A DNA stretch of 64,000 bases, taken from an uncultured bacterium (lineage in GTDB: Bacteria; Pseudomonadota; Gammaproteobacteria; Pseudomonadales; JADFDG01). Positions 26,364-35,681 of the stretch are shown here, piece by piece. Each line of letters opens with the position of its first letter. Positions within the stretch are counted from its first letter, which is position 1. The notes beneath the pieces are model-generated. The model saw nothing but the letters and a program-made list of their open reading frames with translations. It made no database searches and was not told the origin of the DNA. A program made the translations under genes and the position numbers. Where the stretch lies: positions 89,299 through 153,298 of the forward strand of contig CBDDRC010000042.1 in the NCBI GenBank assembly GCA_965232985.1, read 5' to 3'.

Positions 26364-26977
26364 GGCACGCCCTCAGACAAATTGTTGGCTCTGTGGACGC
26401 ACGCACCACAGAGAATATCGAGAAAACCCGAGGTCCATTTCAGCGGATTCAAGCTCGGCCCATACACGTTCGAGATATCGAACCAGGGCTGATCCCACTT
26501 CATCGTGGCGCCTGCACCCTCAATCACCCGCGCGGCAGAATAATGACTCAAAGCCGGGCTTTTCAGCGTGATCGTCCATCCTTTGACCTCCAGACCGAAG
26601 TGCTCGATGGCGTTAGACGCCCTCAGAGTGGCTTGGCTGAAAGCGATGACGTTCATCGGATGGTCGACGCCAACCAAACCGCGCGCAAAGTCTGCCGCTA
26701 AGGCATCGGAGGCCCCACGGAACTTTTGGCCGGCCGCTTCGAGCGGATCGAGGACGCTGCCGCCCGCGAAGAAGCCGACTGCACTGCCCCACCTTGCCTC
26801 GACATCTATGCCGGACACCACTGGGTTCGTAAGCAGGTTTCGACCCAGCCAATCCCGGAGCAACATCTGCCAGCGGTGGGCTGAGCGCACAGGAAGCTGC
26901 CCGGCGCCTCGGGCAATACGGCCGCAATCGCCTGCCGGCACCCCGGCGCCGGCCTGTATAATTACCCGCTTCCACAT
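26360..26977 (-). CDS. Hypothetical protein (205 aa; 168 aa if it starts at Met38), no recognisable family
   Basis: The ORF has coherent, moderate-GC3 codon usage. Its stop is in a GTGA overlap with the lipoprotein's GTG start. Only 20 bp separate ATG 26977 from the divergent argA start, so ATG 26866 is a plausible alternative. Confidence 0.5.
   Translation of the reverse strand: MWKRVIIQAGAGVPAGDCGRIARGAGQLPVRSAHRWQMLLRDWLGRNLLTNPVVSGIDVEARWGSAVGFFAGGSVLDPLEAAGQKFRGASDALAADFARGLVGVDHPMNVIAFSQATLRASNAIEHFGLEVKGWTITLKSPALSHYSAARVIEGAGATMKWDQPWFDISNVYGPSLNPLKWTSGFLDILCGACVHRANNLSEGVP
26957..26962 (+). promoter_or_regulatory. Candidate -10 hexamer (TATAAT) for argA
   Basis: A perfect TATAAT lies 36 nt upstream of the argA GTG, which is rare in this GC-rich context. 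The -35 is weak (tgccgg, about 26933-26938). Confidence 0.3.
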
Positions 26978-26997
26978 GCCAACTGCGGGAATCCGCC

Positions 26998-28311
26998 GTG
27001 AACCTCGATACCGCCGCGTACGTGCAGTGGTTCCGCAACTCGTCGCCGTACATCAATGCCCATCAGGGACGCACCTTCGTTGTGTACGTCCCCGGCGAGG
27101 CGGTGGCCGGCGCGTGCTTCGCGACCCTGATCCACGACATCGCCCTGCTCGACAGCCTCGGCATTCGCCTGGTGCTGGTGCATGGCGCGCGCAAACAGAT
27201 CGGCGATCATCTCGCCAGGCACGACATCGAAACCCGTTTCGAAAAGCAGACGCGCGTCACCACTGCCGAGGCCCTGCCGTACATTGAGGATGCCGTTGGC
27301 CGCGTACGCATCCGCATGGAATCGCAGCTTTCACTCGGGCTTGCCAATTCGCCGATGCACAATGCGCGGCTGCGCGTCGTTTCGGGAAATTTCGTCACGG
27401 CGCGGCCGCTGGGCGTACGCGACGGCTTCGATTACCAACACACCGGCGAAGTCCGTCGTGTCGATGTTGCCGCAATTACCGCCGCGCTCGATGCCAGCTT
27501 CATCGTGCTGCTCTCGCCGCTTGGCTACTCACCAACCGGGGAAGTGTTCAATCTCGATAGCGAAGACGTGGCAACTGCCGCCGCTGTGGCACTGAAAGCC
27601 GACAAGCTGATCTTCCTCGGCGAGGACGACGGCGTACGCCTGGGCAAGAAAAAACTGGTGCGCGACCTGACGCCGGCAAAAGCCTCCGAACTGCTGGCCG
27701 GCAACAAGGTGAAATCCGAGAGCGCGATCTGGCAACTGGAGGCCGCCGCGCACGCCGCGAGTCACGGCGTCGGCCGCGTGCACCTGATCGGCTACAACCG
27801 CGACGGCGCGCTGCTGCAGGAACTGTTCACCCGCGACGGCTGCGGCACGCTGGTCACGGCACAAACCTATGAACAGTTGCGCACCGCCGGCGTCGAGGAC
27901 GTTGGCGGCATTCTCGAACTGATCCGCCCGCTGGAAGATGCCGGCGTACTGGTACGGCGCTCACGCGAACGGCTGGAAACAGAAATTCGGCGTTTTCATG
28001 TGATCGAACGCGATGGCATGGTGATCGGCTGCGCGGCACTTTATCCCCTGGCAAGCCAAGCCGGCGAACTGGCCTGCGTCGCCGTGCACGAGGATTACCG
28101 CAACAACGGCCGCGCCACCATGCTGCTCGCCGAAATCGAAAAGCGCGCGCAGGCGCAAGGCATGCACCGCCTGTTCACCCTCACCACGCAGACCGCGCAC
28201 TGGTTCCAGGAGCGCGGCTTCGTTGCCGCCAAACCCGATACGTTGCCAGAGCCGCGTAAATCGCTTTACAACTGGCAGCGTAATTCGAAAATTTTCGTGA
28301 AGAATCTCTGA
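26998..28311 (+). CDS. argA: Amino-acid N-acetyltransferase (N-acetylglutamate synthase)
   Basis: [25 protein letters not shown] matches E. coli ArgA [26 protein letters not shown]. It also has a C-terminal GNAT domain ([18 protein letters not shown]; HWFQERGF). The start is GTG. Confidence 0.95.
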   Translation: MNLDTAAYVQWFRNSSPYINAHQGRTFVVYVPGEAVAGACFATLIHDIALLDSLGIRLVLVHGARKQIGDHLARHDIETRFEKQTRVTTAEALPYIEDAVGRVRIRMESQLSLGLANSPMHNARLRVVSGNFVTARPLGVRDGFDYQHTGEVRRVDVAAITAALDASFIVLLSPLGYSPTGEVFNLDSEDVATAAAVALKADKLIFLGEDDGVRLGKKKLVRDLTPAKASELLAGNKVKSESAIWQLEAAAHAASHGVGRVHLIGYNRDGALLQELFTRDGCGTLVTAQTYEQLRTAGVEDVGGILELIRPLEDAGVLVRRSRERLETEIRRFHVIERDGMVIGCAALYPLASQAGELACVAVHEDYRNNGRATMLLAEIEKRAQAQGMHRLFTLTTQTAHWFQERGFVAAKPDTLPEPRKSLYNWQRNSKIFVKNL

Positions 28312-28324
28312 AGGGAATACAAGC

Positions 28325-30175
28325 ATGCCGCAGTATCGCTCGAAAACCTCCACCGCCGGCCGCAACATGGCCGGCGCCCGCGCCCTGTGGCGCGCCACCG
28401 GCATGCAGGATGGCGATTTCGGCAAGCCAATCATCGCTGTGTGCAACTCCTTCACGCAGTTCGTGCCAGGCCACGTCCACCTCAAGGACATGGGCCAACT
28501 GGTGGCGCGCGAAATCGAGCGGGTCGGCGGCGTGGCGAAGGAATTCAACACCATTGCCGTGGACGACGGCATCGCCATGGGCCACGACGGCATGCTCTAT
28601 TCTCTGCCGTCGCGCGAATTGATCGCCGACGCCGTTGAGTACATGGCCAATGCGCACTGCGCCGACGCGCTGGTCTGCATCTCCAATTGCGACAAGATCA
28701 CGCCCGGCATGCTGCTTGCGGCAATGCGGCTCAATATCCCCGCCGTGTTCGTTTCCGGCGGCCCGATGGAAGCCGGCAAGACCAAACTTGCCATCGATCA
28801 CAAGCTTGATCTTGTCGACGCGATGGTCGCCGCCGCCGACCCGAATGTCAGCGACGCCGACGTCGCCGAGATGGAGCGTTCCGCCTGCCCCACCTGCGGC
28901 TCCTGCTCGGGCATGTTCACCGCCAACTCGATGAACTGCCTGACCGAAGCGCTCGGCCTCTCGCTGCCGGGCAACGGCACGGTGGTCGCCACACATGCCG
29001 ATCGCGAACAATTGTTTTTAAAAGCAGGCCGCGTGATTGTCGAGATCGCCAAACGCTATTACGAGCAGGATGACGAATCGGTGCTGCCGCGCTCCATCGC
29101 TTCGTTCAAGGCATTCGAGAACGCGATGACGCTGGACATCGCCATGGGTGGCTCGACCAACACCGTGCTGCATATTCTTGCCGCCGCAGAGGAAGGTGGC
29201 ATTGCCTTCACCCAGAAAGATATCGATCGCCTGTCGCGCAAGGTGCCGCAATTGTGCAAGGTTGCGCCCTCGACACCGTACGTGCACATTGAAGACGTGC
29301 ATCGCGCCGGCGGCATCCCTGCGATTCTCGGCGAGCTGGCGCGCGCCGGCTTGTTGCACACCGACGTACCGGTCGTGCATGCAAAGACGATGGGCGACAG
29401 TCTCAGGCAGTGGGATATCGCCGGCAATGTCAGCGAAGAAGTACAGACATTCTTTCGCGCCGGCCCGGCCGGCATTCCGACGCAGGTCGCTTTCTCGCAG
29501 TCGACACGCTTCGATACGCTCGACACCGATCGCGCCACAGGCGTGATCCGTGACAAGGCACATGCCTTCAGCCAGGAAGGCGGCCTCGCCGTACTGCACG
29601 GCAATATCGCCCCCAACGGCTGCATCGTGAAAACTGCCGGCGTCGATGACAGCATTCTGGTGTTTACCGGACGGGCGCGCGTTTTCGAAAGCCAGGACGG
29701 CACGGTGGAAGCCATCCTCGCCGACCAGATCGTCGCCGGCGACGTCGTCGTCATCCGCTACGAGGGTCCGCGCGGCGGGCCGGGCATGCAGGAAATGCTT
29801 TACCCGACGTCATATCTGAAATCAAAAGGCCTCGGAAAAGTCTGCGCATTGCTTACCGATGGCCGTTTCTCCGGCGGCACTTCGGGGCTGTCGATCGGCC
29901 ACGTTTCGCCGGAGGCGGCCGAGCATGGCCCGATTGCGCTGGTGCAGGAAGGCGACACCATCCACATCGACATCCCCAAGCGCACGATCACGCTCAAGGT
30001 CAGTGACGAAGAGCTGGCAGCCCGACGCGCGAAACAGGATGCCCGCGGCAAGCTCGGCTGGAAGCCGGCAAAGATCCGCAATCGCAAGGTCAGCGCGGCA
30101 TTGCAGGCCTATGCCGCAATGACCACCAGCGCCGATCGCGGTGCGGTACGGGATGTGTCGCAACTGAAACACTGA
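28325..30175 (+). CDS. ilvD: Dihydroxy-acid dehydratase
   Basis: [27 protein letters not shown]..., CDKITPGML, and 616 aa in length. This is the canonical IlvD. Confidence 0.97.
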   Translation: MPQYRSKTSTAGRNMAGARALWRATGMQDGDFGKPIIAVCNSFTQFVPGHVHLKDMGQLVAREIERVGGVAKEFNTIAVDDGIAMGHDGMLYSLPSRELIADAVEYMANAHCADALVCISNCDKITPGMLLAAMRLNIPAVFVSGGPMEAGKTKLAIDHKLDLVDAMVAAADPNVSDADVAEMERSACPTCGSCSGMFTANSMNCLTEALGLSLPGNGTVVATHADREQLFLKAGRVIVEIAKRYYEQDDESVLPRSIASFKAFENAMTLDIAMGGSTNTVLHILAAAEEGGIAFTQKDIDRLSRKVPQLCKVAPSTPYVHIEDVHRAGGIPAILGELARAGLLHTDVPVVHAKTMGDSLRQWDIAGNVSEEVQTFFRAGPAGIPTQVAFSQSTRFDTLDTDRATGVIRDKAHAFSQEGGLAVLHGNIAPNGCIVKTAGVDDSILVFTGRARVFESQDGTVEAILADQIVAGDVVVIRYEGPRGGPGMQEMLYPTSYLKSKGLGKVCALLTDGRFSGGTSGLSIGHVSPEAAEHGPIALVQEGDTIHIDIPKRTITLKVSDEELAARRAKQDARGKLGWKPAKIRNRKVSAALQAYAAMTTSADRGAVRDVSQLKH

Positions 30176-30294
30176 CGCGGAAAAGGGGTCGGAGAGTCAT
30201 TCATGGTCATATCCAGTCCGTTGGCGGTGCAGGAAGGCTAGCGGTTAGCCCCTCCATAACTCAACGCATCTCGCATGAGCGCGCTGCGCGGCCC

Positions 30295-30300
30295 TAGAAT
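30295..30300 (+). promoter_or_regulatory. Candidate -10 hexamer (TAGAAT) upstream of the DMT gene
   Basis: CTAGAATT lies 24 nt upstream of ATG 30324. The same octamer recurs upstream of the TonB-dependent receptor gene (32256-32263). No convincing -35 is present. Confidence 0.25.
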
Positions 30301-30323
30301 TGCCGCGTTACCCGGAGAACGCC

Positions 30324-30671
30324 ATGCCCGTCATCCTGCAAACCACGCTGCTGCTGGTCGCCTCGAACGTCTTCATGACTTTCGCCTGGTATGCGCACCT
30401 GAAAAATCTCAATGACAAGCCCTGGTACATCGCGGCAATCGTCAGCTGGGGCATCGCGCTGTTCGAGTACCTGCTGCAGGTGCCCGGCAACCGCATCGGC
30501 TACACGACCATGGACCTCGGCCAGCTGAAAATCCTGCAGGAAGTGATCACGCTGAGCGTGTTCGTGCCGTTCGCGGTGCTGTACATGAAACAGCCGCTGC
30601 GGCTCGATTTCCTCTGGGCCGGCCTCTGCCTGCTCGGCGCGGTGTTCTTCATGTTCCGCGCACACGCTTGA
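30324..30671 (+). CDS. DMT-superfamily small membrane protein (DUF486)
   Basis: MPVILQTTLLLVASNVFMTFAWYAHLK... with 4 TM helices, 115 aa, and GGAGA as the Shine-Dalgarno sequence. Confidence 0.75.
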   Translation: MPVILQTTLLLVASNVFMTFAWYAHLKNLNDKPWYIAAIVSWGIALFEYLLQVPGNRIGYTTMDLGQLKILQEVITLSVFVPFAVLYMKQPLRLDFLWAGLCLLGAVFFMFRAHA

Positions 30672-31071
30672 TCACGCCGCTGGCGGTCATGACGATGCGC
30701 TCGCCGGCACGGATCGTCGCGCGGGTAAAAACCAGCGAGCCGGTCAGCCGCATGGTCTCGCCGTCGCCGAGCAGCAATTCACCCTCGCGCGCGGCGTCAA
30801 GGAAATCGCAGGTCGCACTCACTGTCATCACGGTATCGCTTTCGCCCTGCATCGCCGCCAGGCACAGCGTGTAGTCCGCGAACGTCATCAACACGCCGCC
30901 GTGCACGCTGCCATAGGTGTTGCAGTGGTGCGGGCGCGGCCGGAACACGGTGTGTACCCGTCCGCCGCCGAGTGGCTTGTAGAAAAACGGGCCGATGTGG
31001 TCCTCGGCAGGATCGCCGCTCCAGTGACGGAAGTCCTCGGGAATGTGCAGCGCTGCCCGATCGATGGTCAT
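30649..31071 (-). CDS. PaaI/hotdog-fold thioesterase
   Basis: Track ORF 30649..31239, trimmed to the ATG at 31071 (MTIDRAAL...). It has the NTYGSVHGGVLMTFAD motif of the PaaI family. Confidence 0.8.
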   Translation of the reverse strand: MTIDRAALHIPEDFRHWSGDPAEDHIGPFFYKPLGGGRVHTVFRPRPHHCNTYGSVHGGVLMTFADYTLCLAAMQGESDTVMTVSATCDFLDAAREGELLLGDGETMRLTGSLVFTRATIRAGERIVMTASGVIKRVRGT

Positions 31072-31286
31072 GGCGCCTCTCCCGGCATGCGGATTTGCGC
31101 GCGCAATGTACGCAATAGCGAGATCAGCCCGCCCGGATCGGCATTGTCGACCAGCTCCACCTCGGTGCGCGTCCACACCTTGATGCCGTGGCTCTCGCCG
31201 GAGAAATCCCAGTCGGCAACTGCCGACACTGCCAGGCAACAGGCCAGCAGCACGGCAACGGCACGGCGCAGGAAGGCGCCCCGCAT
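31068..31286 (-). CDS. Small secreted hypothetical protein (72 aa), possibly a gene fragment
   Basis: MRGAFLRRAVAVLLACCLAVSAVA is a signal peptide. The rest is short, and DWDFSGESHGIKVWTR resembles the start of START/lipid-binding domains. Weak call. Confidence 0.3.
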   Translation of the reverse strand: MRGAFLRRAVAVLLACCLAVSAVADWDFSGESHGIKVWTRTEVELVDNADPGGLISLLRTLRAQIRMPGEAP

Positions 31287-32152
31287 CACTTCAACTCCGG
31301 CTCGTTCCACCATGGATAGGATGAAGGCAGGTCAGTGCTCACCCTGGCATGAAAAACCGGCGCGCGCTTTTCGAGGAAGGCAGCAAAGCCATCCTTGCCG
31401 TCCGGCATCTGGTAGGTCTGGTACATGAGTTTCGAATCGATCACATGCGCGTGCATCGGGTGATCGAGCGCCGCGCTGCGCCACATCATTTGCCGGGCGA
31501 TGGCAACGGCGACGGGAGAGGTACGATCACGGATGCGCCTGGCGAGCTCGTATGCTGCGGGCAACAGGTCTTCCGGCGCGTGCACCGAACGCACCAGGCC
31601 GCCACGCATCGCTTCGTTGGCATCGAACAGGTCGCCGGTGAGCGTCCATTCCAGCGCCGTCTGCATGCCGACGAGGCGCGGCAGGAACCAGCTCGAACAG
31701 GATTCCGGCACGATGCCGCGCTGGGTGAAGACAAAACCGAAACGCGCCTTGTGCGAGCAGAGCCGGAAATCGAACGGCAACGTCATGGTGACGCCGACGC
31801 CAACCGCGGCGCCGTTGATGGCGGCGATCATCGGCTTGCGACAGTTATAAACGGCGAGCACCACTTCGCCGCCGGAGTCGCGGATTTCATTGATTTTGAG
31901 TGTTTCGCCCTGCGGAATGTCGTAGCCGAAGATGTCGCCTTCCGCTTCCAGTTCCATGCCGGCGCAGAACGCCTTGCCGTCGCCGGTGAAAATGGCAACA
32001 CGCACCGCGTCATCACGATCAATGCGGCCGATCACGTCGACCAGCTCGTTCTTCATGTTGATGGTGAACGCATTCATCCGCGCAGGCCGGTTCAGGCGCA
32101 CCTCGGCGATGCCGTCGGCCACGACACAGGTGATCTCGCGATATTCAGCCAT
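31286..32152 (-). CDS. Enoyl-CoA hydratase/isomerase (crotonase) family protein
   Basis: It has VRLNRP..MNAF, FCAGMEL and AAINGAAVGVGVTM, which are crotonase oxyanion-hole motifs. Confidence 0.9.
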   Translation of the reverse strand: MAEYREITCVVADGIAEVRLNRPARMNAFTINMKNELVDVIGRIDRDDAVRVAIFTGDGKAFCAGMELEAEGDIFGYDIPQGETLKINEIRDSGGEVVLAVYNCRKPMIAAINGAAVGVGVTMTLPFDFRLCSHKARFGFVFTQRGIVPESCSSWFLPRLVGMQTALEWTLTGDLFDANEAMRGGLVRSVHAPEDLLPAAYELARRIRDRTSPVAVAIARQMMWRSAALDHPMHAHVIDSKLMYQTYQMPDGKDGFAAFLEKRAPVFHARVSTDLPSSYPWWNEPELK

Positions 32153-32215
32153 GGACGCTCTCCGCTGCGTAAAGCCGAGAGCCTAGACATCGCCGGCGCC
32201 GCTGGGAAGGGTGCC

Positions 32216-32234
32216 ATGCGACATCGTGTCGCAT
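32216..32234. promoter_or_regulatory. Perfect 8-3-8 inverted repeat (ATGCGACA tcg TGTCGCAT), a candidate operator upstream of the TonB-dependent receptor
   Basis: It is read directly from the sequence. Its centre is about 32 bp upstream of the TAGAAT at 32257-32262 and 69 bp upstream of ATG 32294. Confidence 0.4.
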
Positions 32235-32293
32235 CGTCCAGGGGCGGCCCGGCGCCTAGAATTCGCGCACGGCAAGACCCCCGGGAGTTCGCC

Positions 32294-34459
32294 ATGCAGT
32301 ACCTGAAGAAACCCGTCGACATGCTGATCGCGCTGGCACTGGCTGGCGCCATGCCTGCCGCGACCCTCGCCGCCACGCCGGCCGAAGGCGCGACCGCCAC
32401 CCTGGGTGAAGTCACCGTCACCGGCACCCGCGAGGCCCGCGCGGTCGCGGAAACCCCGGCCACCGTGAACCACGTCGACGAGACGACCATCCGGCAAATG
32501 CGGCCCACCCACCCGAAGGACGTGATGAACCAGGTGCCGGGCGTCTGGGTGAGCAACCTGTCCGGCGAAGGGCACTCCACCGCCATTCGCCAGCCACTGA
32601 CGACCAGCGCGGTCTACCTCTACCTGGAAGACGGCATACCCACCCGCTCCACCGGCTTCTTCAACCACAATGCGTTGTACGAAATCGATGTGCCGCAATC
32701 TGGCGGCATCGAGGTGACCAAGGGTCCGGGCAGCGCGCTCTATGGCTCCGACGCCATCGGCGGCACCGTCAACGTGCTGACCCGCACGCCGCCGAAAGAC
32801 GGAGAAGTCGAGCTGACCGGCGAAGGCGGCGACAACGGCTGGGGCCGCGTCATGGTCAGCGCCGGCGACGCGCGCGGCGACGATGCCTGGCGCGCCAGCG
32901 TCAACCTCACCCACAGCGACGGCTGGCAGGATGCGGCCGGCTACGATCGCCAGACCGGCACCCTGCGCTGGGATCGCGCCATCGGCGACAGCAGCATTAC
33001 CAAGACCGTCTTTTCCTTCTCGACTGTCGAACAACAACATGTCGGCAGCCTCAGCCAGGCCGAGTACGAAAGCACGCCACGCCGCAACAACATCCCGTTT
33101 TCCTATCGCGATGTCGAGGCCTTCCGGTTGTCGACCGCCTTCGAGCGCGACAACGGAAAAACGCTGCTCTCCGTCACGCCTTACCTGCGGAAAAACCGCA
33201 TGGAAATTATCCCGAGCTGGACGGTGTCCTACGACCCCAACCAATACATCACGGAAAACGACTCGCTCGGCATGCTTGGCAAATACCGCGTCGACTTCGT
33301 ACCGATGCGCGCACGCCTGATTGCCGGTGTCGACATCGACTACAGCCCCGGTTCGCGTGACGAGGATTCGCTTGGCCTGCTGAAGACGACAAACGCGGAA
33401 GGCGGCACGACCTACGCCCTGAATACTGCGGTGGCGCCGGTGCAGATCTACGACTACGACGTTACCTACCGCGGTATTTCTCCCTACCTGCACGGCGAAA
33501 TATCGCCACTGGAAAAACTGCGGGTTACCGCCGGCCTGCGCCACGACGACATGCAGTACGACTACGAGAACCAATTCAACAACGGTGCCGCTGCCGCGAC
33601 GCAGGGCGTTGCCGGCACCTTTCCCGGTGGTGGCTGGTATGGCCACGCCGCGAGCACCCGGATCAGCTATTCGCACTTGAGCCCGAAACTCGGCGCCACC
33701 TGGGCGTTCAGCAACGATGTCGACGCCTTTGCCTCATACACGAACGCATTCCGCACGCCGTCGGAAGGACAGGTATTCCGCGGCAGCCGCGAGGGCACCG
33801 CGATCCGGGCACAAGCAGCCGCCGACTCGCTGCTGCAGCTCAAGCCGGTCGTCGTCGACAGCATCGAGACCGGGTTGCGTGCGAAGCAGGGCAGCGTGCG
33901 CTACGAAGTGTCGATTTACCGCATGGTGAAAAAGGATGACATCGTCAGCTACACCGATCCGGTGACCAGCCAACGCACCGTCGTCAATGCCGGCAAGACG
34001 CATCATCAGGGCGTCGAGGCCGGCGTTGGCTTGCCGCTGGTCACGGACCAGTTGCGGCTGGACGCCAGCCTGTCGTGGGCCGAGCACACCTACGATACAT
34101 GGGTCGTTTCCGGCACCACCGATTACAGCGGCAAGGAAATGGAATCGGCACCGAACCTCATTGCCAACACCCGGCTGACGATGACGCCGGGCTTCATGAA
34201 CGGTGGCCGCGTGCAACTGGAATGGGTGCGCCTCGGCGAATACTGGCGCGACCAGGCCAACACCGGCAAATATTCCGGCCACAATCTCGTCAACGTCAGC
34301 GCCGTGCGACCGGTGGGCAAGACACTGGAGATCTACGGCAGCATCAACAACCTGCTCGACAAGAAGTACGCGGAAACTGCCGGCCTTTCTGCCGGCGCAC
34401 CGACCTGGGGCATCGGCCTGCCGCTCAGCCTGAAGGCCGGCGTGCAGGCAAGCTGGTGA
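32294..34459 (+). CDS. TonB-dependent outer-membrane receptor
   Basis: Track ORF 31349..34459, trimmed to the ATG at 32294 (MQYLKKPVDMLIALALAGAMPAATLAA signal peptide). It has a TonB box/plug (LGEVTVTGTRE; GPGSALYGSDAIGGTVNV) and a terminal aromatic residue (...KAGVQASW). Confidence 0.9.
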   Translation: MQYLKKPVDMLIALALAGAMPAATLAATPAEGATATLGEVTVTGTREARAVAETPATVNHVDETTIRQMRPTHPKDVMNQVPGVWVSNLSGEGHSTAIRQPLTTSAVYLYLEDGIPTRSTGFFNHNALYEIDVPQSGGIEVTKGPGSALYGSDAIGGTVNVLTRTPPKDGEVELTGEGGDNGWGRVMVSAGDARGDDAWRASVNLTHSDGWQDAAGYDRQTGTLRWDRAIGDSSITKTVFSFSTVEQQHVGSLSQAEYESTPRRNNIPFSYRDVEAFRLSTAFERDNGKTLLSVTPYLRKNRMEIIPSWTVSYDPNQYITENDSLGMLGKYRVDFVPMRARLIAGVDIDYSPGSRDEDSLGLLKTTNAEGGTTYALNTAVAPVQIYDYDVTYRGISPYLHGEISPLEKLRVTAGLRHDDMQYDYENQFNNGAAAATQGVAGTFPGGGWYGHAASTRISYSHLSPKLGATWAFSNDVDAFASYTNAFRTPSEGQVFRGSREGTAIRAQAAADSLLQLKPVVVDSIETGLRAKQGSVRYEVSIYRMVKKDDIVSYTDPVTSQRTVVNAGKTHHQGVEAGVGLPLVTDQLRLDASLSWAEHTYDTWVVSGTTDYSGKEMESAPNLIANTRLTMTPGFMNGGRVQLEWVRLGEYWRDQANTGKYSGHNLVNVSAVRPVGKTLEIYGSINNLLDKKYAETAGLSAGAPTWGIGLPLSLKAGVQASW

Positions 34460-34463
34460 GCGC

Positions 34464-35681
34464 GTGAAGGCGCACGTGCTGCTGCGATCGTCCCTCGCTG
34501 CTGTCTTGCTGATTGGCTGCGGCGCGCCAGTGCTGGCGCACGAGGCGTCGCACGAATCCGCGCACCCGGCGGTTGCCGGTACACCGGATGTGAAGGCCTA
34601 CGAGCCCGGCGTTTCGGTCGCGGCCGATGAAAGCGGCACCCTCTGGCTGGCGCGCGTGCGGGATGGCCATCTGCTGGTGAGTCGTTCGCGGGACAACGGC
34701 GGCAGTTTTACGGGCGAAACAGCGGTGAATCCCGTCGCTGAAGTCATTCGCGCCGAAGGCCAGTCGCGGCCGCGCATTGCCGGGCGCGCCGGCATCATTG
34801 CCGTCGCCTGGCCGCAGTCGCTGCCGAAGCGGTTCGCCGGCCACGTACGCTTCTCGCGCTCGGTCGATGGCGGCAAGACATTCTCCGCGCCGACGACAAT
34901 CAACGAAAATCGTGACGAGATTGGCCACGGTTTCGCCGCCCTTGCCATGAGTGATCGCGGCGCCATCGCCATCGCCTGGCTGGACGGCAGGCACCGCGCG
35001 CAGGCTGAGGCTGCCAACGAAAAGTACGCCGGCAGCAGCATCTACTACGCTCTCTCGGCCGACAGCGGCGCCACCTTCTCGCCCAACCAAAAACTCGCCG
35101 ACCATACCTGCGAGTGCTGCCGCATCGGCCTTGCTTATGGCGACAACGGTATTCCCGTGGCGCTGTGGCGACATCTTTTCGACGGCGGCGTACGCGACTT
35201 CGCGCTGGCGCCGCTCGCCGGGGGTGGCACGCTGTTGCGCGCCAGCGAGGATCACTGGCAGATAGACGGCTGCCCGCATCATGGCGGCGACCTCGCCATC
35301 GATAATGACGGTGGTCGCCATCTCGTCTGGTTTACCGGTAGCGCTGAAAATCCCGGCCTGTTTTATCGCCGCGTCGATGGCGGCAAGCCGGGCAAGCCGA
35401 TGGCCTTCGGTGACCGCAACGCGCAGGCCGGCTATCCCGCCGTTTTTGCGCGCGGCAGGATCGCCGCCATCGCCTGGCGCGAATTCGACGGCGCGCGCTA
35501 TCGGGTGCTGGCGATGCATTCCACTGATCGCGGCGAACACTGGTCGGCGCCACGCGTCCTCGCACAATCGACCGGCACTGCCGACCTGCCGTTGTTTGTT
35601 GCCGGCGCAAGCAGCCCGCTGCTCGCCTGGAACACCACCAGCGACGGCCTGCTGCTCCTCAACGCCGGAGCGACGCCATGA
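34464..35681 (+). CDS. Secreted BNR/Asp-box beta-propeller protein (sialidase-like fold) with Cys/His-rich motifs
   Basis: It has a signal peptide and the Asp-boxes SRDNGGSF, SVDGGKTF, SADSGATF and STDRGEHW. It also has HTCECCR (Cys216/218/219, nt ~35109) and DGCPHHGG (Cys270, His272/273, nt ~35271). The start is GTG. Confidence 0.75.
   Translation: MKAHVLLRSSLAAVLLIGCGAPVLAHEASHESAHPAVAGTPDVKAYEPGVSVAADESGTLWLARVRDGHLLVSRSRDNGGSFTGETAVNPVAEVIRAEGQSRPRIAGRAGIIAVAWPQSLPKRFAGHVRFSRSVDGGKTFSAPTTINENRDEIGHGFAALAMSDRGAIAIAWLDGRHRAQAEAANEKYAGSSIYYALSADSGATFSPNQKLADHTCECCRIGLAYGDNGIPVALWRHLFDGGVRDFALAPLAGGGTLLRASEDHWQIDGCPHHGGDLAIDNDGGRHLVWFTGSAENPGLFYRRVDGGKPGKPMAFGDRNAQAGYPAVFARGRIAAIAWREFDGARYRVLAMHSTDRGEHWSAPRVLAQSTGTADLPLFVAGASSPLLAWNTTSDGLLLLNAGATP

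Noticed and set aside
26360-26977. Assigning the 205-aa protein to a specific toxin family: NlpC/P60 or Tae-type amidase via GDCGR, LRAT-like via CGACVH, or lipase via AFSQAT.
   Set aside because: None of the motifs matches the canonical signatures (DCSG, NCEHF, GxSxG), and the spacing is unverified. I kept it only as a hypothesis in the findings and made no family call.
31068-31286. A 72-aa signal-peptide ORF, considered as a START/lipid-binding domain gene.
   Set aside because: It is far too short for a START domain (about 200 aa). Only a DW..G..GIKVW-like start is reminiscent. It may be a fragment or a spurious ORF, so I kept it as a low-confidence feature only.
31349-32293. Long N-terminal extensions of track ORFs: 31349..32293 before the TonB-dependent receptor, 55714..56424 before the LysR gene, 57800..58075 before uup, 52919..53221 before mmsA, 9044..9541 before the DUF4282 gene and 8809..9015 before the DUF4124 gene.
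   Set aside because: The extensions run antisense through neighbouring genes or spacers and have a nonsense-like composition. Internal ATGs are followed by canonical N-termini (signal peptide, HTH, Walker A spacing) that match family expectations.
32153-32293. A Fur or Zur box upstream of the TonB-dependent receptor.
   Set aside because: The region is GC-rich, and nothing resembles the AT-rich Fur (GATAATGATAATCATTATC) or Zur consensus. Only the unrelated palindrome reported separately is present.
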